DNA of 61,935 nt from the NCBI GenBank assembly GCA_021817225.1, contig JAKAVR010000004.1, positions 1 through 61,935 of the forward strand, given 5' to 3'. Below are positions 1-9,857 of the stretch, piece after piece. Within the stretch, counting starts at the first letter, position 1, and every line of letters starts with the position of its first letter. The notes beneath the pieces were generated by a model that did no database searches, was not told the DNA's origin, and saw only the letters and a list, made by a program, of their open reading frames with translations. A program made the position numbers and the translations under genes. The stretch is from Thermoplasmata archaeon (lineage in GTDB: Archaea; Thermoplasmatota; Thermoplasmata; Sysuiplasmatales; Sysuiplasmataceae).

Positions 1-2
1 TC

Positions 3-1091
3 AGCAGAACATTCGAAGAGAAGGAGATTTTCGAGGGGGATGAGATATGCATCCGGTACTCCCTCGGATTCAGTGGATTCAGGCCGAGGCTTGTGCAGCT
101 GGTACAGGAGTTTCCCGAAGGCATGTCATTGCCTCCGGCCCAGGAGTACAGGATTATTTCCGGGCAGGCGGAACTCGAAATGAGGGTCAGGGCGGTCTCA
201 AGGGGAAAGTACCTCTTCCCGCCATGCAGGCTGGCGGTCTCGGACATTGCCGGCCTGAAGGTCGAATTTCACCATTTCGGCGGCGAGGAGCGCATTCTTG
301 TCTCTTCCAGGGTGCAGAGAATAGACGTGGACGCCATTCAGCCAATGCGCCCGAAGACGGTGACGGGCAACAGGATTTCACGCTACAGGGGAGGAGGCAG
401 CGACTTCTACTCCCTCAGGAAATACATGGAGGGGGAGTCGGTCCGCAGGATAAACTGGCGCGCGTCCGCCAGGTCGGATGAACTCTGGGTCAATGAGTAC
501 CTCGCCGAAAGCAGCGGGACTCAGATCATTGTTCTTGATGCCAGGACAATGGAGGACGACAGGCGGCTCACAAAGGAGATGGCCGATGCAGGCATTCGTG
601 CAGCAACTTCAATAGCATATTCATCCCTGAACGACCGCAATGCAGTCGGCATGTTCATAATCTCCGATGCAGCGAGGATAATCAGGCCGGACTACGGCGC
701 AAGGCAGTTCATACGCATCGGCGAGGCCCTCAAGAACATGGGCGTCCCAACCTCAAAGGGGGCGCTCAATATGCAGAGGATGGCAAGGGTCTACGGCGAC
801 GAAAAGGCGCAGTATGTTGTCATTTCGCCGCTGCCGGATGATGATACACTTGATTCCGTGGCAGAGCTCGCTCTCTCCCATGAAGACGTACTCGTGCTTG
901 TCCCGCTTGTAAGCATAAGGGAAAGGGCCAACGGGCCGGAGGAGATGGCATTGACTGTCACGAGACTCAGACAGGAGACAAATGCAGTCATACTGTCGCA
1001 GATTTGCAGGACGCTTACCTGGCAGAAGGACAGTGAGCTGTCTGTGGCTGTGGGCAGAGCAGGAATGTACCAGATAAGGAGGAGGCTATGA
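3..1091 (+). CDS. DUF58 domain protein (5' end off-window)
   Basis: Frame is open from base 3; DUF58 motif DFYSLRKYMEGESVRRINWRASAR followed by IIVLDARTM. Confidence 0.85.
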   Translation, partial: SRTFEEKEIFEGDEICIRYSLGFSGFRPRLVQLVQEFPEGMSLPPAQEYRIISGQAELEMRVRAVSRGKYLFPPCRLAVSDIAGLKVEFHHFGGEERILVSSRVQRIDVDAIQPMRPKTVTGNRISRYRGGGSDFYSLRKYMEGESVRRINWRASARSDELWVNEYLAESSGTQIIVLDARTMEDDRRLTKEMADAGIRAATSIAYSSLNDRNAVGMFIISDAARIIRPDYGARQFIRIGEALKNMGVPTSKGALNMQRMARVYGDEKAQYVVISPLPDDDTLDSVAELALSHEDVLVLVPLVSIRERANGPEEMALTVTRLRQETNAVILSQICRTLTWQKDSELSVAVGRAGMYQIRRRL

Positions 1092-1597
1092 ACAGAATTT
1101 CGAACATTGTGCTTGCAGCGCTCTTCCTTTCGGCGGTAGCAGTCATGTATCTGCTGGCAGGAAAATACCTTCCTGCCTATCTGGCAGGGGAAGCGGCGAT
1201 CGCGATCTCAGCTGCATTCAGGGCAAGACTCCCGATCCAGGCAGCCGGACTTTCGCTAACATTACTTTTCGCCCTGACATCCATACCCACCCTTCCCCTT
1301 CTTCTCCTTTCAGTCCTTTTTGTGGGCATATTCGTCTACGGTGTAAACTTCTTCGGCTACCTGCCGTGGAGAAGAGTTGAGACGCCTTTCCAGGGGAGTG
1401 GCGGAGGCCGTGCCGTGCTATCGAACATTTCGGAGATTTCGGCGGTCGGCGTCGCCATCTTCCTTCTGTCCCTCATGGCATCCGTCTTTTCAGGGCTGAC
1501 TTCAGTCAGGGCAAACGGCATTATTGTTTTCCTGTTCATGATTTCGATCGGCCTGCTTCTTCTTGCATTCGTGTCGGCGTACATGGCTGAGCGCTGA
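1088..1597 (+). CDS. Hypothetical integral membrane protein
   Basis: ATGA overlap with upstream stop, GGAGG RBS, several hydrophobic segments. Confidence 0.75.
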   Translation: MNRISNIVLAALFLSAVAVMYLLAGKYLPAYLAGEAAIAISAAFRARLPIQAAGLSLTLLFALTSIPTLPLLLLSVLFVGIFVYGVNFFGYLPWRRVETPFQGSGGGRAVLSNISEISAVGVAIFLLSLMASVFSGLTSVRANGIIVFLFMISIGLLLLAFVSAYMAER

Positions 1598-1608
1598 TGT
1601 GCGGCAGG

Positions 1609-2430
1609 CTACGCTCCAGTCCGCATAGTCCTTCTTGCTGTCCTTGCCACGAGAATGAAAACTGCCAGCACCGCCACGGATATCACTGTGATAGCGAATC
1701 CCGAACCTGACGCGGCAAGAGAAACCGAGAGAACAACTATTGTGGCTGCGGCACCGACTGCAAGATGAAGCGCCGTTTGCTCCAGCCTGATTGAATTCAC
1801 GCCACCTGCTGCATGCATTATGAACAGGAAGAAGCCGGCAACTGCGAGGAGTAGAAGAAAGAGTATTTCGGGGGATATTCCGATGTTCATTGTCTGCAGC
1901 GGCAGGCCGGACTGGTACCCGCTCTCGAACAGGGAAGCTATTCCAGAGAGCTGAAGCGACCAGACGTCGATGTAGGCTGCAATCACAGGCACCGTGTGCA
2001 TCTGAGAGTAGCTGACAGTTGCAACTTCATCCAGCGTAATCCCTGTGCCGAGAAGGAACGCGCTCATCGCCTGGAAAGGCTCCCTTGAACGGAGTATTTC
2101 CATTCCGAATATGAAGGGAAGAGCAAACTCCGCCGACATGATTGCGGAGTATACCTCGGTCCCCCTTTGCTGGGCGCCGCCCCCTGTCGGCCCGATGGCA
2201 TAAAAGAGAACAGAGAGCATAAAAAGCATCTCGACGGCGAAATAGAATGGAACTTTCCTCCTGTCTGGCAGGGCCCTCGACACAAAGGGGACTGCAATGA
2301 AAGGGACGACGAGAAGGGGGTTCAGGCCAGGAGCAAAGAAGGGGACCGTGTATGCGAAGAGGGCAAAGAGAGGAAGAGCCACCAGGAGCCGGGATGTGTT
2401 CAGAAGGGTTCTGCCTTCAGTATCCGGCAT
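1609..2430 (-). CDS. Hypothetical polytopic membrane protein
   Basis: Start chosen at MPDTEG after GGAGGT RBS; many hydrophobic helices; last gene of the minus-strand MoxR operon. Confidence 0.75.
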   Translation of the reverse strand: MPDTEGRTLLNTSRLLVALPLFALFAYTVPFFAPGLNPLLVVPFIAVPFVSRALPDRRKVPFYFAVEMLFMLSVLFYAIGPTGGGAQQRGTEVYSAIMSAEFALPFIFGMEILRSREPFQAMSAFLLGTGITLDEVATVSYSQMHTVPVIAAYIDVWSLQLSGIASLFESGYQSGLPLQTMNIGISPEILFLLLLAVAGFFLFIMHAAGGVNSIRLEQTALHLAVGAAATIVVLSVSLAASGSGFAITVISVAVLAVFILVARTARRTMRTGA

Positions 2431-3724
2431 ATGAATACCTCCCTTCGAACCATACGGCCGCGAGGTCTGAAACAAGCGTCCTGGAGGAAGACAGCTTGGC
2501 ACGTACCCCGAGCCCGTTGAGCAGCCTTACGTTGTTTGACATCTGACTCCTCCTTCCGACTGTGACCATCCTCATCAGTGTGAAGCTGGCATTCTTCCCG
2601 GAGGAGTCGAAGAAGGTGGATGCCTCCGGGACTATAAGCCTCACCGAACGTCTTGAGAGAAGAGGCACAGACTCGCGGCTAATCGCCATGCCGTCGAAAG
2701 TCATCAGAGGCGAAATGACAACAGTAAGCGCTGACTTGCCGTACCTTTTTTTCAGCGCCCTGACAGACCCTGCCAGGTCAAACTGCCCGTCGGGTTCGGT
2801 CGACTTCAGGATCGCCTGCAGCTGCTTCGCCGATGATGCGACAGGTTCGGGAGCAACAAAGAAATTCCGTGTCGATGAATAAAGGAAGAAACCTACCCTG
2901 TCGCCCTGCCTGCAAAGTGCAAAAGATGCGCGGAGGGCACTTGATACCTCGTTGCAGTATATCCTGTCCAGCTGGCCGATGTTGGTTGATGAGCTATAGT
3001 CGATTACGAATATTGTATCCGTGTTTCTCTCGTCCTCCATCTCCTTGACATAGACATCATCACCACTGACCGTTCCGAACCTGTTCCATGCTATCCTTCT
3101 CGATTCATCGTGGACAGTGTAGGGCCTTATGCTGAGGAACTGGTAACCCTGGCCAGGGCGCGGCAGGCTGCCCGCCCCTGCGACGAATGTGTTGCTCCGC
3201 GTGGCCACGCCCCTCATCTCGGCCCTTTCGGCTATTATGGGAGGAATGGCAACCCGGTCCGTTACTGGCTTCAGTATCCTGAAGCGGCAGAGGCCAAACG
3301 GATCAGATGCGCTCAGCTCCAGCGGTCCTAGAGTGTGGCGGCCGAAGTAGGGGGAGGTGACCGAATACTCCTTGTATGCCTGCCCTCTGCCCCTGAAGAT
3401 TATGCTCCCGCTGCTCTCGCCCTGCGCCTCGAGGCCTTCCGAGAGCAAATCGGCATATTTGAAGACGAGAAGTCCCTGGCCGGTACCTGAAAACTCAAGT
3501 GCAACGTCGAACCAGCCCGCTTTCGCCGAAGGAACTATCCTTCTGCGTACCTGCAACGACTTGATTCGCTCCACTGTAACAGTATGAAAAATGACAACAT
3601 CTGCTGAAACAGTGAAGAAAAGAAGCAGCGAAAAAATCAGGAAGTAGCTGTATCCGAGCATAACTGCCTCGAATATGCCGAAAGTGAGCAGAAACAGCAG
3701 CGGGTAGGTGGACCACTTTATCAT
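2417..3724 (-). CDS. DUF58 domain protein
   Basis: N-terminal TM helices; GYQFLSIRPYTVHDESRRIAWNR motif; FVIDYSSS VWA-like motif; ATGA-coupled to MoxR. Confidence 0.85.
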   Translation of the reverse strand: MIKWSTYPLLFLLTFGIFEAVMLGYSYFLIFSLLLFFTVSADVVIFHTVTVERIKSLQVRRRIVPSAKAGWFDVALEFSGTGQGLLVFKYADLLSEGLEAQGESSGSIIFRGRGQAYKEYSVTSPYFGRHTLGPLELSASDPFGLCRFRILKPVTDRVAIPPIIAERAEMRGVATRSNTFVAGAGSLPRPGQGYQFLSIRPYTVHDESRRIAWNRFGTVSGDDVYVKEMEDERNTDTIFVIDYSSSTNIGQLDRIYCNEVSSALRASFALCRQGDRVGFFLYSSTRNFFVAPEPVASSAKQLQAILKSTEPDGQFDLAGSVRALKKRYGKSALTVVISPLMTFDGMAISRESVPLLSRRSVRLIVPEASTFFDSSGKNASFTLMRMVTVGRRSQMSNNVRLLNGLGVRAKLSSSRTLVSDLAAVWFEGRYSYAGY

Positions 3725-4692
3725 CTTGGAACTTTCACGTCCTTTATTATCCCGTTTATGACCGCATTCATCACCGCAAGTGGCTCGTTGTCGCTCTCCA
3801 GATGCATTTCAGGTTGAAGTATGAGCCTGTGGTTCAGCATCTCATATGCAATGAATTTCACGTCGTCAGGCAGGACATAATCTCTGCCGCACAGGAGCGC
3901 GTTTGCCCTTATGGCCCTGATGTACTTGACGCTCGTCCGCGGACTGGCACCTAGAAAGACTCCTTTTGCCTCCCTTGTATGCCTGATAAGGTCAACCACA
4001 TATTCGGACACCTCGTCCGATACATGGACATCCTTCACTGTCTGCCTCAGCGACCTGATCTCTTCGGCCGTGAAAAACTCGGGTCTCTCACCCGCATCCA
4101 GGGAGGTGCGAACTGCCTTGAGTTCATCTTCCCTTGTGGGGTAAGTCATCCTGTATCTGAACAGAAAACGATCCAGCAGCGCCTCCGCCAGCGGAAATGT
4201 GCCTTCCTGCTCTATCGGGTTCTGAGTGGCTATAACAAAAAAGGGCTCGGGCAGAGGATGCATCTGGCCGTTTGAGCTTACCTGCCTCTCCTCCATCGAC
4301 TCCAGAAGTGCTGACTGCACTTTCGGCGGCGTTCTGTTTATCTCGTCCGCAAGCAGTACATTTGTGAAAACAGGTCCTTCCCTGAATTCCATTTTCCTTG
4401 TCTGCAGATTCAGGACGTAGTTTCCCATCACATCGGTCGGAAGCATGTCCGGGGTGAACTGAATTCGCTTGAAGTCCAGGCCGAGATGTCTTGCAAACTC
4501 ATTTGCAAGCCTTGTCTTGGCCAGACCTGGGACACCCTCCAGAAGAATGTGGTTTTCGGTGAGGATCGAGATGAGCATGAACCTCACTATCCTTTCCGAC
4601 CCAATGACGCGCTTTCCGATCTCAAGCCGGAGCCGCAGCATCTTCTCATCCAGGCCTTTTCTCTCTCTTTCTTCCATGACCGCACCTGTCAT
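3721..4692 (-). CDS. moxR: MoxR-family AAA+ ATPase
   Basis: HILLEGVPGLAKT, RIQFTPDMLPTD, LLADEINRTPPKVQSALLE, ATQNPIEQEGTFPL..LLDRF. Confidence 0.93.
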   Translation of the reverse strand: MTGAVMEERERKGLDEKMLRLRLEIGKRVIGSERIVRFMLISILTENHILLEGVPGLAKTRLANEFARHLGLDFKRIQFTPDMLPTDVMGNYVLNLQTRKMEFREGPVFTNVLLADEINRTPPKVQSALLESMEERQVSSNGQMHPLPEPFFVIATQNPIEQEGTFPLAEALLDRFLFRYRMTYPTREDELKAVRTSLDAGERPEFFTAEEIRSLRQTVKDVHVSDEVSEYVVDLIRHTREAKGVFLGASPRTSVKYIRAIRANALLCGRDYVLPDDVKFIAYEMLNHRLILQPEMHLESDNEPLAVMNAVINGIIKDVKVPR

Positions 4693-4698
4693 GAGCCC

Positions 4699-5157
4699 CT
4701 ACCTCCTTCCCCGGCTGAGCGACAAGCCCTCGTCCCCGGTCGACTCCTTGTATATGAGCGCCATCTGTTCAATGATTCGGTCAATGTCCGCGCGCGTCGA
4801 TGCTTCTCCCTGGCCGGTTTCCCCGGCAATGGCCGTAAACTCCGAGCGAAGTCTTCCAAAAGCGGAAACATCGCCCCCCGACTCCTTCACCATTTCACCC
4901 ATTGCCTCCACATAAGGCAGGTAATGGCCCCCCCTTATCATGTCAAGCTCCCTCTGATAAGCGCCGACTTTCTCATTTGTGCCTCCGGAAGTATTGGACG
5001 GCCGGTATATTTTCCAGCCGAATCCGAAAAGCCTGAACAAATAGGCTGCTGCAACGATTGCGGCAACCGGAATTATGAATCTGGAGAGGGATGAGGCTAA
5101 ATCCACCCCTGAGGCCACACCGGCGAAAAGCATGGGAGAGCTGGCTGGTTTGCCCAA
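4699..5157 (-). CDS. Hypothetical membrane-anchored protein (start uncertain)
   Basis: Co-oriented in operon; one TM segment followed by a helical domain. Confidence 0.6.
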   Translation of the reverse strand: MGKPASSPMLFAGVASGVDLASSLSRFIIPVAAIVAAAYLFRLFGFGWKIYRPSNTSGGTNEKVGAYQRELDMIRGGHYLPYVEAMGEMVKESGGDVSAFGRLRSEFTAIAGETGQGEASTRADIDRIIEQMALIYKESTGDEGLSLSRGRR

Positions 5158-5179
5158 TCTGCACTTTGTCTCCAGCCGA

Positions 5180-5668
5180 TCAGTCCTCCGTACCAGACCG
5201 GCTCATTGCCTCCCTGAAGAGAAGTTTCATTCTCTCAGCATTAGGCTTGATTCCACCCCCGAAGACGAACGGCTCGTATGATTCGAAGTAGAGTGTTGAC
5301 AGGGACACGATAGCTTCAAATTGGTCTCTGCCTGGGCCATTATCCCACACGAGAAGGCTGGTGAATTTCAGTGCATCTCTTGAATCTGAAGTGAGTATTG
5401 AATCATTAACCGTACTGAATGAGGAAATTGAATCCGAGATGAATTCCCTGTAGGTGCTTGAGCTGTCTATTGTCTTCTTGAATCTTCTGAGATAAGCGCC
5501 AAGCGCTGTTTCGAAACCCCTTCTTGCTGCCAGCTGAAGCTGCCCTTCTTCAATCATCTTCTCAATTCCGCTCCCCTGATCTTCAGTTGGTCCGGCGACA
5601 GAGGGATTCTGCTGCTCGCCCTTCTTCAGCGCATATTTCCTTTCAAGGTAATTTTCTCTCCAGTCCAT
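5180..5668 (-). CDS. Hypothetical protein
   Basis: GAGGT RBS, operon position, charged helical composition. Confidence 0.65.
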   Translation of the reverse strand: MDWRENYLERKYALKKGEQQNPSVAGPTEDQGSGIEKMIEEGQLQLAARRGFETALGAYLRRFKKTIDSSSTYREFISDSISSFSTVNDSILTSDSRDALKFTSLLVWDNGPGRDQFEAIVSLSTLYFESYEPFVFGGGIKPNAERMKLLFREAMSRSGTED

Positions 5669-5677
5669 TTTCCTACC

Positions 5678-7897
5678 TCATGTTGTGTAGCCGCTTCCAA
5701 CCGGCATGACAGTTGCGATTGAGTAATCTAGCTTGAGGACCAGGCTGACCACCATGTCATTTCCATCCGTGGAATTGAGTCCCGAGGAGATTAGGTTTAT
5801 TGTGAGGATACCTCCCTCGACAGTATGTGGATGCGCGAAAACAGTCGAATTCCCGGCGAAGGAGAATGCCGCATGCGAGATGTAAGCTGTTGAAAGGGAT
5901 GGAGTGAAATTCAGGGAAAGGAGCTGCATGCCATCAAGGAGAAGGGCTGATGCAGCCGTTGTGCTCATGGTGAAAGTTGCGTTGTAGATGCCAGTGGTCG
6001 CGTTGAAGCTGCTTCTGGCAGCGGCGGACGAGATGTTTGCAAACGTCCTGTTGAAATAGAGTGTGATGACGGGGATGGCGGCCGAGATGCTGAACGACGC
6101 GGACAGGGGGTATGTGCCGTTCATTGTCGTCGAGGCCATGGAGTAGTTACCGATGTGCTCCTGGAACACCAGTGCAGTGTTTCCGCCTAGAGTCGTATTG
6201 CTGATGCCGGTTGAAGATGTGAGGCTAACATTCCAGGTCAGATTCGAACTGTCAGTCAGCACCACAAGGTACGGCAACAGGGGCAGGTTGACACTGACAT
6301 TGTTCCCGGAGATGTTCGCAGCAACCGAGGCGTTGACATATCCCGGTCCCGTATAGGAAAAGGAATACCGGCCGTCCGGCAGGAAGTATCTGAAGACGGT
6401 GGAGTTGCCGGATGCATGTGCGACAAAAGGGATTGTGAGAAGTGAATTCGAAACTGAAATGCCGCCTGCAGGAACGCTGAAGTTGTGAAGCCGGTCCGAT
6501 GCATTAATCGAGAGGTTGTGGGATGCCTGCCTTGACAGCTGCAGGGAGAGCGAGGAAGAGCCGCTGTAGAATGAGGAAGTGCTGTACCGGCCGTAGAAGA
6601 GCGTAAGCACAGCGATGCTGTATGAGCCTGAAAAGTTCAGCCGAATGGAGCCAATGCTCTGGCTGCCTGAGCCGAATATGCCCCTGTAGAATATTCCTGC
6701 CGAGTCTATGTATGCCAGGAACTGAATGTTGGGCAGTGGGCTTCCTCCGTAGCTGAAGCCAAGGGACAAAGAAGCTGGAGCGTAAGAAACGGGACCGGAT
6801 GGATTTGCCGAGGATAAGGTGGAAACCAGAGAGGTTGCGTTTGTTGAAGGATCACCAGTCTGGGACGATGATGTGAGATTGATGATGTGAAGGCCCTGAC
6901 CGATGGAGAAGAGGGGATGCATTGTCAGATTGAGTTCGGTCTGGTCAGCCACTATGGAAGTGACAACGAAGGAACCATCTGAATACCCAGGCGAGCTTAC
7001 GTTCAATTTGACCGAACCATACATGTTCTTCAGTGTAAAATGGCCATCGGCTCCGGTTTTCGTGCCGTTAAGGATAGGGAAGGTGGACAACGTCGCATTT
7101 GCTACCGCATGGCCCGCTGTGTTGAGAACATACCCACCGAGACTGAAGGGTGAAGGAACGCTCGGAGTCAGCCTGACTGACAGGTTGGTGATGCTGCGGC
7201 CGCTGACATTCAGAGTCACATTCAAGGCAATGTAATTGATTCCTGAAAATCTGACCTGGTAGCTGCCGTTTGTGAGATACATTGCGAAGCTCCCGTTCCC
7301 GCCAGACAGAGCGCCAACCGCCTGGTAGAAGTCGGCTGCTGTTACGCCCACATCCGCTATCCTGTTGTCGTAGGCATCGGATACATTGCCCGCAACCTTG
7401 TACTTGGGCATTGGCTCCATGCTCATGTTCGCCCACACAATGTTTCTCCCTGCATCTATATGAACAGTTCTGGGATAGTAACCTGGAATCTTGTATGCAA
7501 AATCACCGTTGCCCCTGTACATTATGTAATACTGGTAGACCCCGTAACTGTTGGTGGCGATTACGGTCTCGACTGGAAAGACAGCGACGAAGAGCCTCGA
7601 GGAGACAATGGGCAATGCGCTTGAATTGTTGTACACAAGACCCTCTATGAGGACTATGGACTGTGACACGGGGGAAAAACTGGTTTCGTTTGCGCCCAGT
7701 CCGCTTGTGTCGTTGAATTGGTTGAGGAAAAGCTTGAATGTTTGCCCTCCTGGAGTCGTTTTCTGCGGTGAGGTCGGGTAAACGACCCTGAATAAGCTGA
7801 AAGCTGAAATGACAAGAGTCACGGCAACGACTAGTATAAGCGCTGCCCTCAACACAGAGCCTTCGTTTGACATCCGCTTCAACGAAATGCCCCGCAT
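5678..7897 (-). CDS. Large secreted or membrane-anchored beta-sandwich repeat protein (carboxypeptidase regulatory-like domains)
   Basis: N-terminal TM; repeats like G.V.....I..V.V...T..NG.F...L..G.Y.V.....GY; Ser/Thr/Asn-rich with many N-x-S/T sequons. Confidence 0.8.
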   Translation of the reverse strand: MRGISLKRMSNEGSVLRAALILVVAVTLVISAFSLFRVVYPTSPQKTTPGGQTFKLFLNQFNDTSGLGANETSFSPVSQSIVLIEGLVYNNSSALPIVSSRLFVAVFPVETVIATNSYGVYQYYIMYRGNGDFAYKIPGYYPRTVHIDAGRNIVWANMSMEPMPKYKVAGNVSDAYDNRIADVGVTAADFYQAVGALSGGNGSFAMYLTNGSYQVRFSGINYIALNVTLNVSGRSITNLSVRLTPSVPSPFSLGGYVLNTAGHAVANATLSTFPILNGTKTGADGHFTLKNMYGSVKLNVSSPGYSDGSFVVTSIVADQTELNLTMHPLFSIGQGLHIINLTSSSQTGDPSTNATSLVSTLSSANPSGPVSYAPASLSLGFSYGGSPLPNIQFLAYIDSAGIFYRGIFGSGSQSIGSIRLNFSGSYSIAVLTLFYGRYSTSSFYSGSSSLSLQLSRQASHNLSINASDRLHNFSVPAGGISVSNSLLTIPFVAHASGNSTVFRYFLPDGRYSFSYTGPGYVNASVAANISGNNVSVNLPLLPYLVVLTDSSNLTWNVSLTSSTGISNTTLGGNTALVFQEHIGNYSMASTTMNGTYPLSASFSISAAIPVITLYFNRTFANISSAAARSSFNATTGIYNATFTMSTTAASALLLDGMQLLSLNFTPSLSTAYISHAAFSFAGNSTVFAHPHTVEGGILTINLISSGLNSTDGNDMVVSLVLKLDYSIATVMPVGSGYTT

Positions 7898-7961
7898 TTG
7901 ATATTACCCTTTGGTATATCAGGCAGGCTCTGGCAATATGGAAGGAGTGAATAATGCTGCC

Positions 7962-8822
7962 TCAAAAAGATGCGCGCCTTGTCCAGTAGTAGTACAGGAG
8001 ATAGAAAATCAGCGTATTGAATACAAGACCGGCCACCAACATTACAATCAGTGTGGGCGTCATGTAATCCGGGGCCGGGGAAAGAGAGGGAAAGCTTATT
8101 GCCGGAGCTGACAATAAAACGTAGGCGCTTGCCGAAAGAGAAGGCGTGAGCAGCGCAGACACGAACAGCGGCTGCGTGCTGTCATTGTGCAGGGCGAGCA
8201 GAACAGGAAGCAGCGACACGACAAGATAGGACATTCCGTAACCAAAGGATCGTGCAGGACTCCTTGTAATGACCCCTGTCCAGAGTGTGACTGACGCCAG
8301 GCCCATAACGGCAAGGAAGTTGAAACCTACAATTAGAAGAGCATCGGCCGGGGAAGGCGAATTGGCGGAAAGCGCCATGGCGGTCAGAACAGGAATTGAA
8401 AAAACAAGATAAGGAAGGAGCGCCGAGGAAACAATTATAGACGAAAACACAGCCTTCCTTCCCCCCGGCATGAGGATAAGAGTGGACATTGTCCCGTCCC
8501 TTATGTCCCCCACGGCGCCAAACGAAAGATTCTTGAAGAGAAGGGCAAGTGCGGCAAAGCCGCTCAGAATAAATGAATCGAACACAGTGTTCAGCTCAAA
8601 GAACCGTTGAATTGGATCTGGGGCCTGAATGACGGTGAGCACGGGAGGGCTGATTACCGGAAGCGGGACACTGTTGAAGACTGGAAGGAACGGGTTTACC
8701 GCGCCCAGGGATATGACGACCAATATTAGGACTGCGGACGCAAGCGAGTCATAGTCCATTTCGAGCCTCATTACAAGGATTTCAACGAAATCACGAAGCG
8801 CTTGTGTTCTCGTCCTCTCCAA
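7962..8822 (-). CDS. ABC-2 type exporter permease
   Basis: About 6 TM; GAVGDIRDGTMSTLILMP resembles the ABC-2 ExxxGT motif; follows the ABC ATPase. Confidence 0.7.
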   Translation of the reverse strand: MERTRTQALRDFVEILVMRLEMDYDSLASAVLILVVISLGAVNPFLPVFNSVPLPVISPPVLTVIQAPDPIQRFFELNTVFDSFILSGFAALALLFKNLSFGAVGDIRDGTMSTLILMPGGRKAVFSSIIVSSALLPYLVFSIPVLTAMALSANSPSPADALLIVGFNFLAVMGLASVTLWTGVITRSPARSFGYGMSYLVVSLLPVLLALHNDSTQPLFVSALLTPSLSASAYVLLSAPAISFPSLSPAPDYMTPTLIVMLVAGLVFNTLIFYLLYYYWTRRASF

Positions 8823-9669
8823 CCGAGAATTCCTCCCCTACCCTTTCAATTGATTTGATCCTCACTCCGCTCCCCTCAAGCAGCGCGATGGCGGAAGAAA
8901 TGCCATCGGGTGGTTCTCGTATCAGTATGGAACCACCTTCAACACCCACAGCATTGAGAACCCGGCTTGCAAGCACAACGTCGGAGACCCGAAGCCGCAG
9001 CCTTGAACCGGAGCGGACAGCGCCTTCGGAAAGGGATAACCCGCTTTTCACACAGCCGTCCTGGATCCTTACAAAGGAATTCGCGAAATCTTCCACGCTG
9101 CGCCTATCAGAAGTGGTTATGAAGAGCGTGGATGATTTGTTTCTGACAATGTCAGCAAGGCAGGAGTAGATGAAACTCAATTGGGACGGATCGAGTGCCT
9201 TGTCCATGCAATCCACAATCATGAGCTCTGGCCTGCGGCAGATGGGAAGAAGAAATTTGGCAATCTCCACCTTGTGAGACGGAATTCTGGAAATACGCAC
9301 GTGCCTTTCATTCCACAGGTCCAGCAGCCGCAACGCCTCTCTGGCATCATCCCGCGTGAATCCATACAGCTTGGATGCGTGGACGAGCATATCATCCAGG
9401 TAAAGGTTCGAAGGGAGTGAATAGCGGCCCGAAACGAATGCACAGCTGCGGCTCAGTTGTAGGGAGGAGAACGGATCCACTCCCAGGACACGGACCCTTC
9501 CGCCGTCGATCGTGGTCAGTCCTGCGATGATGGATACAACAGTTCCCTTCCCTGAACCCGGCGGGCCCGTAAGGCATGTGACTTCCCCCGATTGCGCGGC
9601 AAAGGAAACTCCTTTCAGGGAAACGTCCCTGCCCTCCTTCGAGACTTTTTGAAACTCGATAGCCCGCAT
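8791..9669 (-). CDS. ABC transporter ATP-binding protein, degenerate
   Basis: Walker A GPPGSGKGT and exporter-type layout; signature, Walker B Glu and switch His are substituted. Confidence 0.8.
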   Translation of the reverse strand: MRAIEFQKVSKEGRDVSLKGVSFAAQSGEVTCLTGPPGSGKGTVVSIIAGLTTIDGGRVRVLGVDPFSSLQLSRSCAFVSGRYSLPSNLYLDDMLVHASKLYGFTRDDAREALRLLDLWNERHVRISRIPSHKVEIAKFLLPICRRPELMIVDCMDKALDPSQLSFIYSCLADIVRNKSSTLFITTSDRRSVEDFANSFVRIQDGCVKSGLSLSEGAVRSGSRLRLRVSDVVLASRVLNAVGVEGGSILIREPPDGISSAIALLEGSGVRIKSIERVGEEFSVGEDENTSAS

Positions 9670-9857
9670 GAATGGAACCAGCTGTTTCAACTTTCCTGGA
9701 TGCCCATTCGATACTCGTCCACAATATATGTTTGTTTTGAGGAGGGGCGAGGACACGGTAATTGCAAAACCGACAGTTTAATTAATGATATATTATAACG
9801 TGAAACCAAGTGCTATGATCGACAATCCTGACTGGTGTTGGCAGAGGATGCGGAGAG

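Noticed and set aside
4699-5668. Two ORFs as one frameshifted gene
   Set aside because: No slippery sequence in the overlap of open frames; separate genes are adequate.
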